DNA of 20,913 nt from positions 85,373-106,285 of the IMG/VR virus record IMGVR_UViG_3300044712_000982. One strand, 5' to 3'. Under the pieces are notes generated by a model. It was not told the origin of the DNA. It did no database searches and saw only the letters and a program-made list of their open reading frames with translations. A program made the position numbers and the translations under genes. The DNA comes from a virus. The first letter of the stretch is position 1. Each line of letters starts with the position of its first letter. Below, in pieces: positions 7,786 to 14,339 of this stretch.

Positions 7786-7982
7786 GGCGTCTCCTTCGGT
7801 CCGGCGCATTCCGGGATCGAGCCGTCGGCGCGGCGTAACGCGATCTCGTACCCGCCGCAGTAGGTGCACGCGAACACGTCATCGTCGGTCAGTTCGAATT
7901 CGTGCCCGCCGAACCCCTTCGGGTGGGTGACGGTGATGTCGATGATGCTGAGTTGCGGTTCGGGGCCGGGATGGATGGTCAC
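7782..7982 (-). CDS. Hypothetical protein, possible Zn finger (H...CTYC...C)
   Basis: GGAG RBS; coupled in the operon. Confidence 0.65.
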   Translation of the reverse strand: MTIHPGPEPQLSIIDITVTHPKGFGGHEFELTDDDVFACTYCGGYEIALRRADGSIPECAGPKETP

Positions 7983-7986
7983 GGCG

Positions 7987-8187
7987 TCATCTCCAGATCT
8001 TCAGTAGTCCACAGCCGGGGCATTTGTGTTGCGTCCGGCGCTGGTAGTGCATGCTCGCTGCCCATTCGTGCCAGTCGACGTATCCGGTCGGGCATGGCGT
8101 GTGCTCGGCACTGTTTGGGCAGTCCGACGTGTCGGGTACGGGCCGATCGTCGCCGCAGACGTATGTGACCTTCGGGTGCGATGCCAT
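7987..8187 (-). CDS. Small Zn-binding protein (CP..H.P.P.GY...Q..CPGCG)
   Basis: GAGGA RBS; ATG at 8187 overlaps the upstream TGA. Confidence 0.7.
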   Translation of the reverse strand: MASHPKVTYVCGDDRPVPDTSDCPNSAEHTPCPTGYVDWHEWAASMHYQRRTQHKCPGCGLLKIWR

Positions 8188-8558
8188 CAGTCGTCCTCGA
8201 ATCGGTTGATGATGTTGCCCAAGCACTCGTAGACGGCGCTCGACTCGTGCGTTACCGGCAGTTGCCGGCCCGCGGTGGCGTGCATCCGGCGGGTGGTGCT
8301 GGCATCCAGTTGTAGGTATACGGCGTGGCCCAATTGGAATACCTCGCGGATTTCCTCGGCGTACCGATCGCCGATCCAGTGGGCTATGGCCGGCGACGCC
8401 ACGATGTGGATCTTGTCTGGTTGTTCGTCTCCGTCAAAGTCGATGCGCGTTAGTTTGGCCCACGTAGGTTCGGGCTTGTCCTCGGTTTCCGGGGTGCCGA
8501 GGTACGGGGCGTTGGCCGTCACGGCGTCACTGGCCGGGTGCCAATACCTGCGGGCCAC
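8187..8558 (-). CDS. Hypothetical phage protein (123 aa)
   Basis: Fills the operon, high GC3. Confidence 0.7.
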   Translation of the reverse strand: MARRYWHPASDAVTANAPYLGTPETEDKPEPTWAKLTRIDFDGDEQPDKIHIVASPAIAHWIGDRYAEEIREVFQLGHAVYLQLDASTTRRMHATAGRQLPVTHESSAVYECLGNIINRFEDD

Positions 8559-8559
8559 G

Positions 8560-8937
8560 TCACGCCCGCCTGTAGACGGTGGTCGTGACGGTCTTCGCCA
8601 TCATGGGGTAGCAGGACACAGTGCCGCCCCCGGTGTAGCGCTCCTCGGTCGCGTTCCACTTCGCGCCGTCCCACGGGTACTCGTTGGGCTGCCGTTCGGT
8701 GAGCCCGCGGGCGTAGCTACAGCCATACAGGGCGCCGTCTGCTTCGCGGCGGAGGATGAGCCGGCAGTTCTCGACCCACCGGCCGCTGCCGATGCTGACG
8801 GCGCCGATGATCCGGTAGCCGCCGACCTCGTCGGACGGTTCGATGGTCTCGCCGGGGAGCGCGTCGGCGATCTCGTACAGCTCGGCGAGTACCCCGGCGG
8901 GGATCTCGACGGGCTCGGGCTTGGTGGTGGTAGTCAT
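8560..8937 (-). CDS. Conserved hypothetical phage protein (SGRW...Y.RGLTE.Q motif)
   Basis: GAAGGGA RBS; motif typical of phage early proteins. Confidence 0.75.
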   Translation of the reverse strand: MTTTTKPEPVEIPAGVLAELYEIADALPGETIEPSDEVGGYRIIGAVSIGSGRWVENCRLILRREADGALYGCSYARGLTERQPNEYPWDGAKWNATEERYTGGGTVSCYPMMAKTVTTTVYRRA

Positions 8938-8952
8938 GGGTGATCCCTTCGG

Positions 8953-9198
8953 TCAGGTGTGGTGGATTGAGCGGCTGAGGTGCTGCTGGCCGGCGAGGAT
9001 GAGCGCCGACGGGGTGGCTGCGTGGACGACGGGCGGGTTGGTCATCTGGAACGGGCTCTCGTCGCCGAGGTAGGCGATGGGATGTCCGCGCATGTTGCAC
9101 TTGCGGCACTCGATCGATACGCCGCCGGTGGTGTGGCCGACGAAGCGGAAGTGCTCGTCGAAGTAGTCGGCGTCAAAACCGAAGCTGGGCATCGTCAC
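8953..9198 (-). CDS. Hypothetical protein with CxxC...HxxxxH
   Basis: GAGGAG RBS; IECRKC and QQHLSRSIH. Confidence 0.65.
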   Translation of the reverse strand: MTMPSFGFDADYFDEHFRFVGHTTGGVSIECRKCNMRGHPIAYLGDESPFQMTNPPVVHAATPSALILAGQQHLSRSIHHT

Positions 9199-9248
9199 TC
9201 CTCGCTGTCTTTCGCGTCTGTTCGTGTCCCGATTTTGACCTCAACCCA

Positions 9249-9409
9249 CCTGTCCCCTCCCCTAGGGAGAGGTGGGGACAGGACAGGTTTTGGGAGGCTG
9301 TCCGCAACCTGTCCCGGACAGGTCTACAGGTAGCGTGACGTGCTGAAACGTTCCGTCCTGTCCTGACCTGTCCGGGACAGTTGTCGGTTGGACCTGTCCG
9401 GGACAGGTC
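9249..9409. repeat. Cluster of CCTGTCC/GGACAGG direct and inverted repeats, probable origin for the helicase module
   Basis: About ten half-sites; palindromes ACCTGTCC-C-GGACAGGT (9307-9323) and GACCTGTCC-G-GGACAGGTC (9391-9409); hairpin at 9249-9282. Confidence 0.7.
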
Positions 9410-9423
9410 TGGATCCATGCGCA

Positions 9424-10884
9424 TCACTTGATCGCCCCACCCTTCCGGAGCTTCGCGACCTCGGCGAGAAGATCGTTCCCGGCCTTGATGTCGAGGCGTT
9501 CACACTCGGTCCGAAGCCTGTCCCGGCCGTAGCTGGACGGCACCCGTTCGGCGTCCAGCCTCGCCGCGATCTCCGACACCCGAGGGTCGGCAGCGACCTT
9601 CCCTGCGGCACCTGACGGCGAGGTGACGCGCCACGACACGGACCCGTCTTCCCTCGGCGCCATCACGAACCGGCCCGCCGGCTGCGACTTACCGTCTACC
9701 GGGCAGTGCTTCCGCAACCCGCCGGGTCGGTCCTTGAACACGGTCATCGACGCCGCGCCGCCCTTTCCCGGCGCGAACACCTCAACCACCGTCACCTTCA
9801 AGTTCGACCCGTTCACTGCCCGCTTCTTCGCGATCGTGCCCGTCTGCCCGTGCGTACGGGCGTCCTCCCCCTTCGGCATGTGGTCGATCGCGATCACGGC
9901 AGCACCGGCGAGCGCCAGCGGCGTGAGTGCCCTCCGGTGACCGGCCGTGTAGTCGTCGGGCGAGTTGCTGGACAGCCCGAACATCGGAAGCATCTCCCCG
10001 ATGCTGTCGACCACTACAACGTCCGGCCTCCATTCGCGGAGTTGCTGAATCGCCATCCCGAGGACCATCACGTCGTCGGGTTCGGATAGCCGGAACCCGT
10101 CCGGGTCCGCTAGCGCATCCGGTTTCGCCCCGAGCGCTAGGAGCCGTGCGAGGACCTCTTGGGCGCCGTTGTGGTCCATGTCGAGCATGGCCGCGCGCTT
10201 CCCGTCGTTTAGGGCTTCGGCTACGGCTGCGAGCGCGATCCACGTCTTGCCGCACTCTGGGTCGCCGAACAGGACGTTGACTTTCCCGTCGTAGAACAGG
10301 CGGTGTCCGTCGTCGCGGCGTAGCAGTGTCGGTTCTGGCGGTTCCGGCAGTCCACCTCTGAGGATCGCGGCGGTGTCAACGAATACTGGCCCGTGGTCGT
10401 TATCGTCGCTTTCGCTGAGGTCGGCGAAGATCTTCGCGGTTCTGGCGACGTCACGCGCAACGTCGAGGTTGCCGGTCGTTACGGCTTGGCGGATGTTGGT
10501 GGCGAGCTTGATCCAGTATCGGCCCTCGGCGGCCTCGGCGACGCGTTTCGCGTACCAGGCCGGATCGCCGGCAGATCTCGATCCGAGTTGGAATAGCTCC
10601 ACGATGTATCCGTGGTGCGGGAGTCGCACGTCGGCTTTGATGAGCGTTTCGCAGATCGCGGTGGGGTGGAACGGTTTGCCCTGATCGGCGTGATCGCACA
10701 GGTTCCGTAGGATCGCCCGGTCGTGGTCGGCGCAGAAGTCGAACGGCTCGATGCATTCGCGGATTGCGTCAAGGTTGGCCATTGACTGCATGGCCATGCC
10801 GAGTGTGATCCGCTCATATTGTCGTATCTCGTCGGGTACAGCGAGCACGTCGGACCAGGTGTCGACGTCGAGGGCCGCAGTCAT
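9424..10884 (-). CDS. Replicative helicase: DnaB-like N-terminal domain fused to AAA_25/RepA-type ATPase
   Basis: ERITLG...DFCADHDRAI (DnaB_N-like); Walker A GDPECGKT, Walker B VVVVDS, IDH and KDRPG motifs. Confidence 0.85.
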   Translation of the reverse strand: MTAALDVDTWSDVLAVPDEIRQYERITLGMAMQSMANLDAIRECIEPFDFCADHDRAILRNLCDHADQGKPFHPTAICETLIKADVRLPHHGYIVELFQLGSRSAGDPAWYAKRVAEAAEGRYWIKLATNIRQAVTTGNLDVARDVARTAKIFADLSESDDNDHGPVFVDTAAILRGGLPEPPEPTLLRRDDGHRLFYDGKVNVLFGDPECGKTWIALAAVAEALNDGKRAAMLDMDHNGAQEVLARLLALGAKPDALADPDGFRLSEPDDVMVLGMAIQQLREWRPDVVVVDSIGEMLPMFGLSSNSPDDYTAGHRRALTPLALAGAAVIAIDHMPKGEDARTHGQTGTIAKKRAVNGSNLKVTVVEVFAPGKGGAASMTVFKDRPGGLRKHCPVDGKSQPAGRFVMAPREDGSVSWRVTSPSGAAGKVAADPRVSEIAARLDAERVPSSYGRDRLRTECERLDIKAGNDLLAEVAKLRKGGAIK

Positions 10885-10957
10885 GCCGCGCTCATGTTCT
10901 TCCGGGGCGCGGCATTGCTTGCTACCGTTGACACAGGGTTGCCCTCCAGTGGGCTCG

Positions 10958-10993
10958 AAGGCCGCCGCACGGTTTGGGGACCGCGGCGGCTTT
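10958..10993 (-). terminator. GC-rich hairpin after cro-like gene B (tR1-like)
   Basis: GCCGCCGC(A)CGG / CCGCGGCGGC stem. Confidence 0.5.
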
Positions 10994-11000
10994 CTGTTGG

Positions 11001-11252
11001 TCAGGCTGTCTGCAATCTGCGGTTCCGGCGCTTCGGTGGCCCTTCGGGGCTGATCTCGTCGAGGTCGACGCCGAGGGCGTTTGCTATGGCTAGCCGTGTT
11101 GCCGGGAGTCCTTTGGTGACTCCGCTTTCCATGCGGCTGATGACGGTCGGGTCGAGGTTTGCCCTGCGGCCGAGTTCGGCCTGGGTCCATCCGTTGCGGA
11201 GTCTGGCGCGTTCGATGGCCTGCCCGTTGGTGAGTCCGGGTGCGATGGTCAT
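11001..11252 (-). CDS. Cro-like XRE HTH regulator B
   Basis: IERARLRNGWTQAELGRRANLDPTVISRMESG...IANALGVDLDEI; TAAGAT -10 box 6 nt before the ATG. Confidence 0.9.
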   Translation of the reverse strand: MTIAPGLTNGQAIERARLRNGWTQAELGRRANLDPTVISRMESGVTKGLPATRLAIANALGVDLDEISPEGPPKRRNRRLQTA

Positions 11253-11281
11253 GCATAGATCTTAGCAGGATCATGCATGAT
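11249..11281. promoter_or_regulatory. Operator pair TCATGCATRR in switch B
   Basis: ATCATGCATGAT perfect palindrome at 11270-11281; TCATGCATAG at 11249-11258 overlapping the cro start. Confidence 0.6.
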
Positions 11282-11362
11282 ATGCCGGTATCGGGCTGTA
11301 CTTTTCTGCACGATCCGGCAGCCTCTAGCACTTCACCCGTTCCGGTTGGCACGATCACCCGC

Positions 11363-11755
11363 ATGGACCGGAAAAGACTGGCAAATGCCGTAATTGCCCG
11401 TCGTGTCCAGCTTGGGCACCGGAGTCGAGAAGCCTTCGCCGAAGCCGCCGGCATCAGCCCACGCACCATCAGCTACATCGAGACCGGAGAGGATCGCAGG
11501 TACAACGCCTCAACCGTCGCCCAGCTTGAGCACGCCCTGAAGTGGGCGCCCGGCTCAGTCGCTCGGATCCTGGCCGGCGGCGACCCGATGCCGCTGCCCG
11601 ACAGTGCCCGGCCGATCCCCCCGCTCGCCGCGGAGTTGGCGGCGATGCTCGACCCTGACTCGCCCCTCACGCCCGAGGCGCGCGACTACCTCGGGCGGCT
11701 CGTGGACCTCGCCATGACCCCGCACCGGCAGGCGATGCGACGGAGGGACAACTAG
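11363..11755 (+). CDS. XRE/CI-like repressor B (actinophage immunity repressor type)
   Basis: RLANAVIARRVQLG..SREAFAEAAGISPRTISYIETG...LEHALKWAPGSVARILAGGDP. Confidence 0.9.
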   Translation: MDRKRLANAVIARRVQLGHRSREAFAEAAGISPRTISYIETGEDRRYNASTVAQLEHALKWAPGSVARILAGGDPMPLPDSARPIPPLAAELAAMLDPDSPLTPEARDYLGRLVDLAMTPHRQAMRRRDN

Positions 11756-12063
11756 CTGCGGCTATCTTTTCGGCGACGCGCCACTAATCAGGTTGACGTC
11801 TTTGCGCACGCACCGCATACTCGCATTTGCACGAACACTTACCCGATGAGTCGTTGTGACCAGGTGGCAGCCCGAGCAGACGCCGCGTTTGCGGCCGTCG
11901 TGCGCTGGGCAAAATCTGGTCGGCTCCGCCAACGTGATTCCGGCGGCCTTCGAAGCCAAGCGCGATCACATGGGTAGGTGGCGCGACTAGCGCAGCACAA
12001 CGCGCGAGCGCCGCCCACCCGAACCGGGTACGGGCGGCATTTCCAGTTTCCGACCAACTTCAT

Positions 12064-12137
12064 ATGGGCGTAGCTCAATCAGGTAGAGCGCTGGTCTCCA
12101 AAACCAGTCGTTGCGGGTTCAATTCCTGCCGCCCATG
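12064..12137 (+). tRNA. trnW: tRNA-Trp(CCA)
   Basis: Cloverleaf; CTGGT-CTCCAAA-ACCAG. Confidence 0.95.
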
Positions 12138-12172
12138 CGCAACAGCCCCAGCATGCTGGCGGCGCACGAACG

Positions 12173-12189
12173 TTGAGAACTCCACAGCG
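12173..12189 (+). promoter_or_regulatory. rrn-type boxA/CL2 antitermination-like motif TTGAGAACTCCACAGCG
   Basis: One mismatch to TTGAGAACTCAACAGCG, recalled from actinobacterial 16S rRNA leaders; preceded by the CCAGCATGCTGG hairpin. Confidence 0.6.
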
Positions 12190-12198
12190 GATGGCATT

Positions 12199-12271
12199 CG
12201 GGAATGACCGGCACGGTGACCGGGCCTGATTTGGGATCAGGACGCAGCGCGTTCGACTCGCGTATTCCCGA
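12199..12271 (+). tRNA. trnP: tRNA-Pro(TGG), G8/C14
   Basis: CCTGA-TTTGGGA-TCAGG; C1-G72, A73. Confidence 0.85.
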
Positions 12272-12275
12272 CGAT

Positions 12276-12348
12276 GGGGTTGTAGCTCAGTTGGTAGAGC
12301 GTCGGCTCGGCAGACCGAAGGCCGAGGGTTCGAGACCCTCCTTCTCCA
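12276..12348 (+). tRNA. trnA: tRNA-Ala(GGC), atypical (C33, two U-U acceptor mismatches)
   Basis: G3-U70, A73; loop TCGGCAG. Confidence 0.75.
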
Positions 12349-12356
12349 CGCATCAT

Positions 12357-12432
12357 GCCTCTCAAGCTCAGCCAGGTAGCAGCGCGCGGTTGAAGCCCGC
12401 GAGGATTCCGGGTTCGACCCCCGGGGGAGGCA
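12357..12432 (+). tRNA. trnF: tRNA-Phe(GAA)
   Basis: CGCGG-TTGAAGC-CCGCG; A8. Confidence 0.85.
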
Positions 12433-12440
12433 CGTTTCAT

Positions 12441-12517
12441 GGGCCGTCGGAGCAGATGGAACGCTCACCTCGTTCTCAGCGAGGAGAACACCGGTTCGAG
12501 CCCGGTACGGCCTGCCA
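12441..12517 (+). tRNA. trnE: tRNA-Glu(CTC), CCA encoded
   Basis: CCTCG-TTCTCAG-CGAGG. Confidence 0.9.
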
Positions 12518-12518
12518 C

Positions 12519-12591
12519 GCGGTCGTGGTGAACTCGGCGGACACATCAGTCTTCCAAACTGAGAAAGCGGGTTCGATGCCCGCCGGCCGCT
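12519..12591 (+). tRNA. trnG: tRNA-Gly(TCC)
   Basis: TCAGT-CTTCCAA-ACTGA; U73. Confidence 0.9.
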
Positions 12592-12596
12592 CTCGT

Positions 12597-12673
12597 TCCG
12601 GGGTACGGCGCTGGCGTCCGTGACCGCACTTTGAATGCGGAACCCGTAGGTTCGATTCCTGCACCCGGAGCCA
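12597..12673 (+). tRNA. trnQ: tRNA-Gln(TTG), CCA encoded, atypical D arm
   Basis: CCGCA-CTTTGAA-TGCGG; U1-A72. Confidence 0.85.
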
Positions 12674-12674
12674 T

Positions 12675-12748
12675 GCCGTGGTGGCCCAACCGGGAGAGGC
12701 GCTCCGTTCAAAGCGGAGAAGTTGGGGGTTCGAATCCCTCGCACGGCA
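12675..12748 (+). tRNA. trnL: tRNA-Leu(CAA), short variable loop
   Basis: CTCCG-TTCAAAG-CGGAG; 5-nt variable loop; A73. Confidence 0.85.
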
Positions 12749-12758
12749 CTCGTTCGAT

Positions 12759-12833
12759 GCGGCTGTAGCACAACGGTCAGTGCGTCGCCTTGCCATGGCG
12801 AAAACCGGGGTTCGACTCCCCGTAGCCGCTCCA
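12759..12833 (+). tRNA. trnG: tRNA-Gly(GCC), CCA encoded
   Basis: TCGCC-TTGCCAT-GGCGA. Confidence 0.95.
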
Positions 12834-12865
12834 CGTCCACCCTCAATGGCCAGGAGGTGTTTCCG

Positions 12866-13309
12866 GTGGACTCGGTACTTGTTCTCAACGCCGACCTCGG
12901 GCCGCTGCACCGGGTCAGCCTGCGCCACGCGATCCGGATGCTCTGCCGACAGGTGGCGGAGGTCCACGAATCGGAGCCCGACATACGCATCGGCGTGTTT
13001 CCGATGCCGCGGGTGGTGCGGCTCGTCGCGTACGTGGTGACCCGCTGGCGGTACAGCGCCGGCCCGGCGTGGTCGCGGACAGGTGTGCTCGCCCGTGACG
13101 GGCGGCGTTGCGGCTACTGTGGCAGTCCGGCAACCACGGTCGATCACATCCTCCCGCGGTCGCGGGGTGGCCGGAACGCCTGGAAGAACACGGTCGCCGC
13201 GTGTGGGCCGTGTAATCAGCGCAAGGGCGACAGGACCCCCATCGAAGCGCGGATGCCGCTGCGGGCCACCCCAGCGGCGCCGACCTGGGCCACGCTCGCC
13301 CAGCGCTAA
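12866..13309 (+). CDS. HNH endonuclease (HNH_5/McrA-like) embedded in the tRNA array
   Basis: AGGAGGT RBS, GTG at 12866; VLVLNAD N-terminus; RDGRRCGYCG..TVDHILPRSRGG...N.VAAC..CNQRKG. Confidence 0.92.
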   Translation: MDSVLVLNADLGPLHRVSLRHAIRMLCRQVAEVHESEPDIRIGVFPMPRVVRLVAYVVTRWRYSAGPAWSRTGVLARDGRRCGYCGSPATTVDHILPRSRGGRNAWKNTVAACGPCNQRKGDRTPIEARMPLRATPAAPTWATLAQR

Positions 13310-13374
13310 CGCTCAGAACCTCACGAGGATGGCCGGTGACGGCATGGGGTGACAGCCGGGAGAGACCGGCCCAT

Positions 13375-13446
13375 TCCCGGGTCGTCTAGCTGGTAGGACG
13401 CCGCGCTCTGAACGCGGAAGGCTGGGTTCGAATCCTGGCCCGGGAG
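13375..13446 (+). tRNA. trnQ: tRNA-Gln(CTG)
   Basis: CCGCG-CTCTGAA-CGCGG. Confidence 0.95.
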
Positions 13447-13459
13447 CGTTACCTCACAT

Positions 13460-13535
13460 GCCGGTGTAGCTCACGTTGGTTCCGAGCACCGCTCTTGTAA
13501 AGCGGAGAACGCTAGTTCGATTCTAGTCACCGGCT
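13460..13535 (+). tRNA. trnT: tRNA-Thr(TGT)
   Basis: CCGCT-CTTGTAA-AGCGG. Confidence 0.92.
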
Positions 13536-13539
13536 CTTC

Positions 13540-13613
13540 GGGCTCTTAGCTCATTTTGGTAGAGCACCTGTCTTGCAAACAGGAGGTGGCCGGTTCGAAA
13601 CCGGCAGGGTCCA
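13540..13613 (+). tRNA. trnA: tRNA-Ala(TGC)
   Basis: CCTGT-CTTGCAA-ACAGG; G3-U70. Confidence 0.95.
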
Positions 13614-13619
13614 CGTCAT

Positions 13620-13694
13620 GCCCGGGTAGCCCAAATGGTAGGAGGCGACTGGCTTAGAACCAGTTCAGTGCACGTTCGAATCGTGTTCCGGGTA
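13620..13694 (+). tRNA. trnL: tRNA-Leu(TAG), short variable loop
   Basis: ACTGG-CTTAGAA-CCAGT; 5-nt variable loop. Confidence 0.88.
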
Positions 13695-13698
13695 CTTT

Positions 13699-13771
13699 GC
13701 TGGCGTAGCTCAGTGGTTAGAGCGCCGGATTGTCAATCCGGAGGCCGCGGGTTCGAGTCCCGCCGTCGGCG
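13699..13771 (+). tRNA. trnD: tRNA-Asp(GTC)
   Basis: CCGGA-TTGTCAA-TCCGG; G73. Confidence 0.95.
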
Positions 13772-13775
13772 CGTT

Positions 13776-13864
13776 GGAGAGTTGGCCGAGTTGGTTTATG
13801 GCGCCGCACTGCTAATGCGGTTCGGGTAACACCGTCGTGGGTTCGAATCCCGCACTCTCCGCCA
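13776..13864 (+). tRNA. trnS: tRNA-Ser(GCT), CCA encoded
   Basis: CCGCA-CTGCTAA-TGCGG; long variable arm. Confidence 0.95.
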
Positions 13865-13865
13865 T

Positions 13866-13939
13866 GCCGTCGTGGCCCGCGTGGTAAGGGCGTCTCGCCG
13901 ATAACGAGAAGGTAGGGAGTTCGACTCTCCCCGACGGTA
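13866..13939 (+). tRNA. trnI: tRNA-Ile(GAT), C33
   Basis: TCTCG-CCGATAA-CGAGA. Confidence 0.88.
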
Positions 13940-13943
13940 CTTT

Positions 13944-14016
13944 GCCCCCGTAGCTCAATGGATGGAGCAGCGGCCTACGAAGCCGTGGTATGCGAGTTCG
14001 AATCTCGCCGGGGGTG
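13944..14016 (+). tRNA. trnR: tRNA-Arg(ACG)
   Basis: GCGGC-CTACGAA-GCCGT. Confidence 0.95.
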
Positions 14017-14021
14017 CGTTT

Positions 14022-14099
14022 CGGGATGTAGCTCAGCTTGGTCAGAGCACGCGGCTGGGGGCCGCGGGGCCGCCGGTTCGAATCCGACCATCCCGACCA
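14022..14099 (+). tRNA. trnP: tRNA-Pro(GGG), CCA encoded
   Basis: CGCGG-CTGGGGG-CCGCG. Confidence 0.92.
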
Positions 14100-14100
14100 G

Positions 14101-14174
14101 CGGGTACTAGCTCAACTTGGTGGAGCGCGCGGTCCGGGGCCGCGAGGATGGGCGTTCGAATCGCCCGTACCCGA
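14101..14174 (+). tRNA. trnP: tRNA-Pro(CGG), C33
   Basis: CGCGG-TCCGGGG-CCGCG. Confidence 0.88.
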
Positions 14175-14178
14175 CTGT

Positions 14179-14262
14179 GGAGGGTGGCGCCATGGTGGCA
14201 AACCGGTCTTGAAAACCGTGCCGGGGTAACGCCCGAGGGTTCGATTCCTTCACCCTCCTCCA
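14179..14262 (+). tRNA. trnS: tRNA-Ser(TGA), CCA encoded, atypical D arm
   Basis: CGGT-CTTGAAA-ACCG; long variable arm. Confidence 0.85.
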
Positions 14263-14263
14263 C

Positions 14264-14334
14264 GCGCCGCTAGCTGAGTGGTTTAGCACCGGACTCTTAA
14301 TCCGGGGAGGAAGGTTCGATCCCTTCGCGGCGTA
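14264..14334 (+). tRNA. trnK: tRNA-Lys(CTT)
   Basis: CCGGA-CTCTTAA-TCCGG. Confidence 0.92.
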
Positions 14335-14339
14335 CGTTT

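Noticed and set aside
9173-9427. 84-aa minus-strand ORF after the helicase
   Set aside because: Its peptide is just the translation of the CCTGTCC repeat cluster; translation cannot be excluded but there is no protein-level support
10885-11469. N-terminal 195-aa extension of the 681-aa helicase ORF
   Set aside because: Overlaps the cro gene, operators and the divergent repressor; homology-like sequence starts at ATG 10884
11762-11959. 65-aa minus-strand ORF with CPAH and CSGCH
   Set aside because: No convincing start or RBS; may be a gene remnant but is unsupported
12000-12063. Promoter for the tRNA array
   Set aside because: A hairpin (12011-12037) is present but I could not identify convincing -35/-10 boxes
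12675-12748. Possible Sec or opal-suppressor tRNA (TTCAAA in the loop)
   Set aside because: The 7-nt loop TTCAAAG centres on CAA; there is no long arm or 8/5 fold, and no TCA, CTA or TTA anticodon occurs in the array
13310-13374. GOLLD or other large ncRNA often found with tRNA arrays
   Set aside because: The largest non-tRNA gaps in the array are about 60-65 nt, far too short
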